Shown here: in pieces, positions 62,442 through 64,000 of the stretch
How the letters are laid out: every line of letters starts with the position of its first letter
Position numbering within the stretch: the first letter of the stretch is position 1
Assembly (NCBI GenBank): GCA_951804945.1
Contig: OX638151.1
Location: forward strand, 73,160,001 to 73,224,000
Direction of reading: 5' to 3'
DNA length: 64,000 bases
Origin: Podarcis cretensis
Lineage: Eukaryota
Made by a program: the position numbers and the translations under genes
Notes under the pieces: generated by a model
Told to the model about the DNA's origin: nothing
The model's database searches: none
Seen by the model: only the letters and a program-made list of their open reading frames with translations

Positions 62442-64000
62442 ACAATCCGTTGAACAATGAGAATTCTCGAACCTCCATAATTGCAACAAGCAAAACATCT
62501 GTAAAGTCTTCGATTTTTCATAAAGATGCTGCTACTCTGGAACCACCTTCTTCTGCTAAGATTACCTTTCAGTGTAAACACACAAGTGCCCTTTCTTCTC
62601 ATATTTTGAACAATGATGACTTAGAAGGGCTTTCTCAGCCAAACAAAGGAGACATAAGACCTGAATTGTCAGTCCATTCTCTTACAAAAGAAAGCACTTA
62701 CAATGTGAAATACCCAACATCCTTCAATAATATTCTCCATTCTGAAAATTCACACACAGAAAGTAATAAAAGTGAAATATTCCCTGCTTCGTGTGAAACA
62801 GTTTATGAAGACATTTCCTCAGTAAGTAGACATTTGCCTCACAGAAAGTACACTGGAATAAGAAAAACTACAAAGGATTTATCTCTGCATATGAACCACC
62901 AAATGGGTGAAAGTTTTTCGGTTCAAAATTCTAACTTTTCAGATTTGGTCCACTCCAAAAATAAAGCATCCTATGAAGCAAATAAAAAAGCCAGCAACAC
63001 AAATACAGATAATCTCTTCCCAGCACTAGAAAACTGTGAAATGGTGTCTTGCTCAGAGGGTAATCGAACTAGTATTTATTCTGCTGAAGGTAGCACTGAT
63101 GGAGATGGCCTTAATAACCTTAAAATTAGATATGAAGAATTTCAGGAGCACAAAGCTGAAAAAACAAATGTTAATCAACAAGCAGCGCATTACATGTTCT
63201 TTCCTAGTGTTGTTCTTTCTAATTGTCTCAGTCAGCCACAAAAATTAAGTCCTGTTACATATAAATTGAAAAAAGGCAAGAAACAATCTAGGTTAAAACT
63301 AAATAAAAAGAAAGTAATTCTTAGCAATCAGCCGTCTACAACTATCAGCGATATTGCTTCCACAAAAGAGAGCTGCTATGTACAAGGTAATGCTAGTAAT
63401 AACATTCCTGATAAAGACAGTTTGTTACCAAATGATATCATTCAAGTTTCTCCTGGTGCTTCAGAAAATAAATTGTCTGTGGATACAAGTAATTGTATTG
63501 ACTGCCATTTTGAAGATGGAGCTGATGGTGCTCGAGAATCTGAGCAGGCGTTTGGGCTATGTGGAAATAAATACACACTCAGAGCTAAACGCAAGATAAA
63601 TTATGAAACCGAAGACAGTGAATCTAGCTTTGGTGTGCATAATTCAAAAATTAGCCTACCTCATTCTTTGGAAAATGATGAAAATATTGATGGGTCAAAA
63701 AAATGTCGAAAACGAAGAAAACTTTCTAAAAAATTACCACCTGTTATTATAAAATATATTATTATAAATAGGTTCAGAGGGAGGAAAAATATGCTTGTTA
63801 AACTAGGAAAAATAGATTCTAGTGAGGAGCAAGTTACACTTACAGAGGAAAAAATGAATCTATATAAAAAACTTGCACCTTTAAAGGACTTTTGGCCAAA
63901 AGTTCCTGATTCACCTGCAACCAAATATCCTATTTATCCATTAATGCCAAAGAAAGGTCACAAAAGAAAAGCAAAATGCAAGTCAACCAAGAAAAAGGTT
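62442..64000 (+). CDS. REV3L: REV3L giant exon 13, partial (runs off the window)
   Basis: Acceptor tttctag|; reads DNPLNNENSRT...IFHKDAATLEPPSSAKITFQCKHTSALSSH...LKIRYEEFQEHK...HYMFFPSVVLSNCL...PPVIIKYIIINRFRGRKNMLVKLGK...LAPLKDFWPKVPDSPATKYPIYP. It is absent from the ORF track, presumably because the frame has no stop inside the window. Confidence 0.97.

Overview
Vertebrate genomic DNA from a squamate reptile, probably a lacertid lizard, judging by the Sauria SINEs, Squam-type tRNA SINEs, L2/CR1/RTE LINE tails and Tigger/hAT MITEs. Two protein-coding genes lie on the + strand in the same order as in mammals. The first is a complete TRAF3IP2 (Act1/CIKS, IL-17 receptor SEFIR adaptor) with 8 coding exons from 12601 to 26441, giving 543 aa, plus a probable non-coding first exon near 6.9-7.0 kb. 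The second is the 5' part of REV3L (DNA polymerase zeta catalytic subunit), with a CpG-island promoter at ~39.5-41.2 kb, exons 1-12, and the start of the giant exon 13, which runs off the window. All exons were assembled by hand from GT-AG junctions and phase continuity; most entries in the ORF track are incidental. The most notable observations are: a stop-containing cassette exon in REV3L intron 1, together with absence of the Met79 used for re-initiation in human; a uORF-laden REV3L leader; signs of a spliced antisense transcript from the REV3L promoter; inverted CR1 tails bracketing a stop-free, in-frame block of exons 5-9 (circRNA candidate); an LTR-like insert flanked by a 72-bp duplication; and several nested transposon stacks. 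Comparisons with human sequences are from memory and were not run as alignments.
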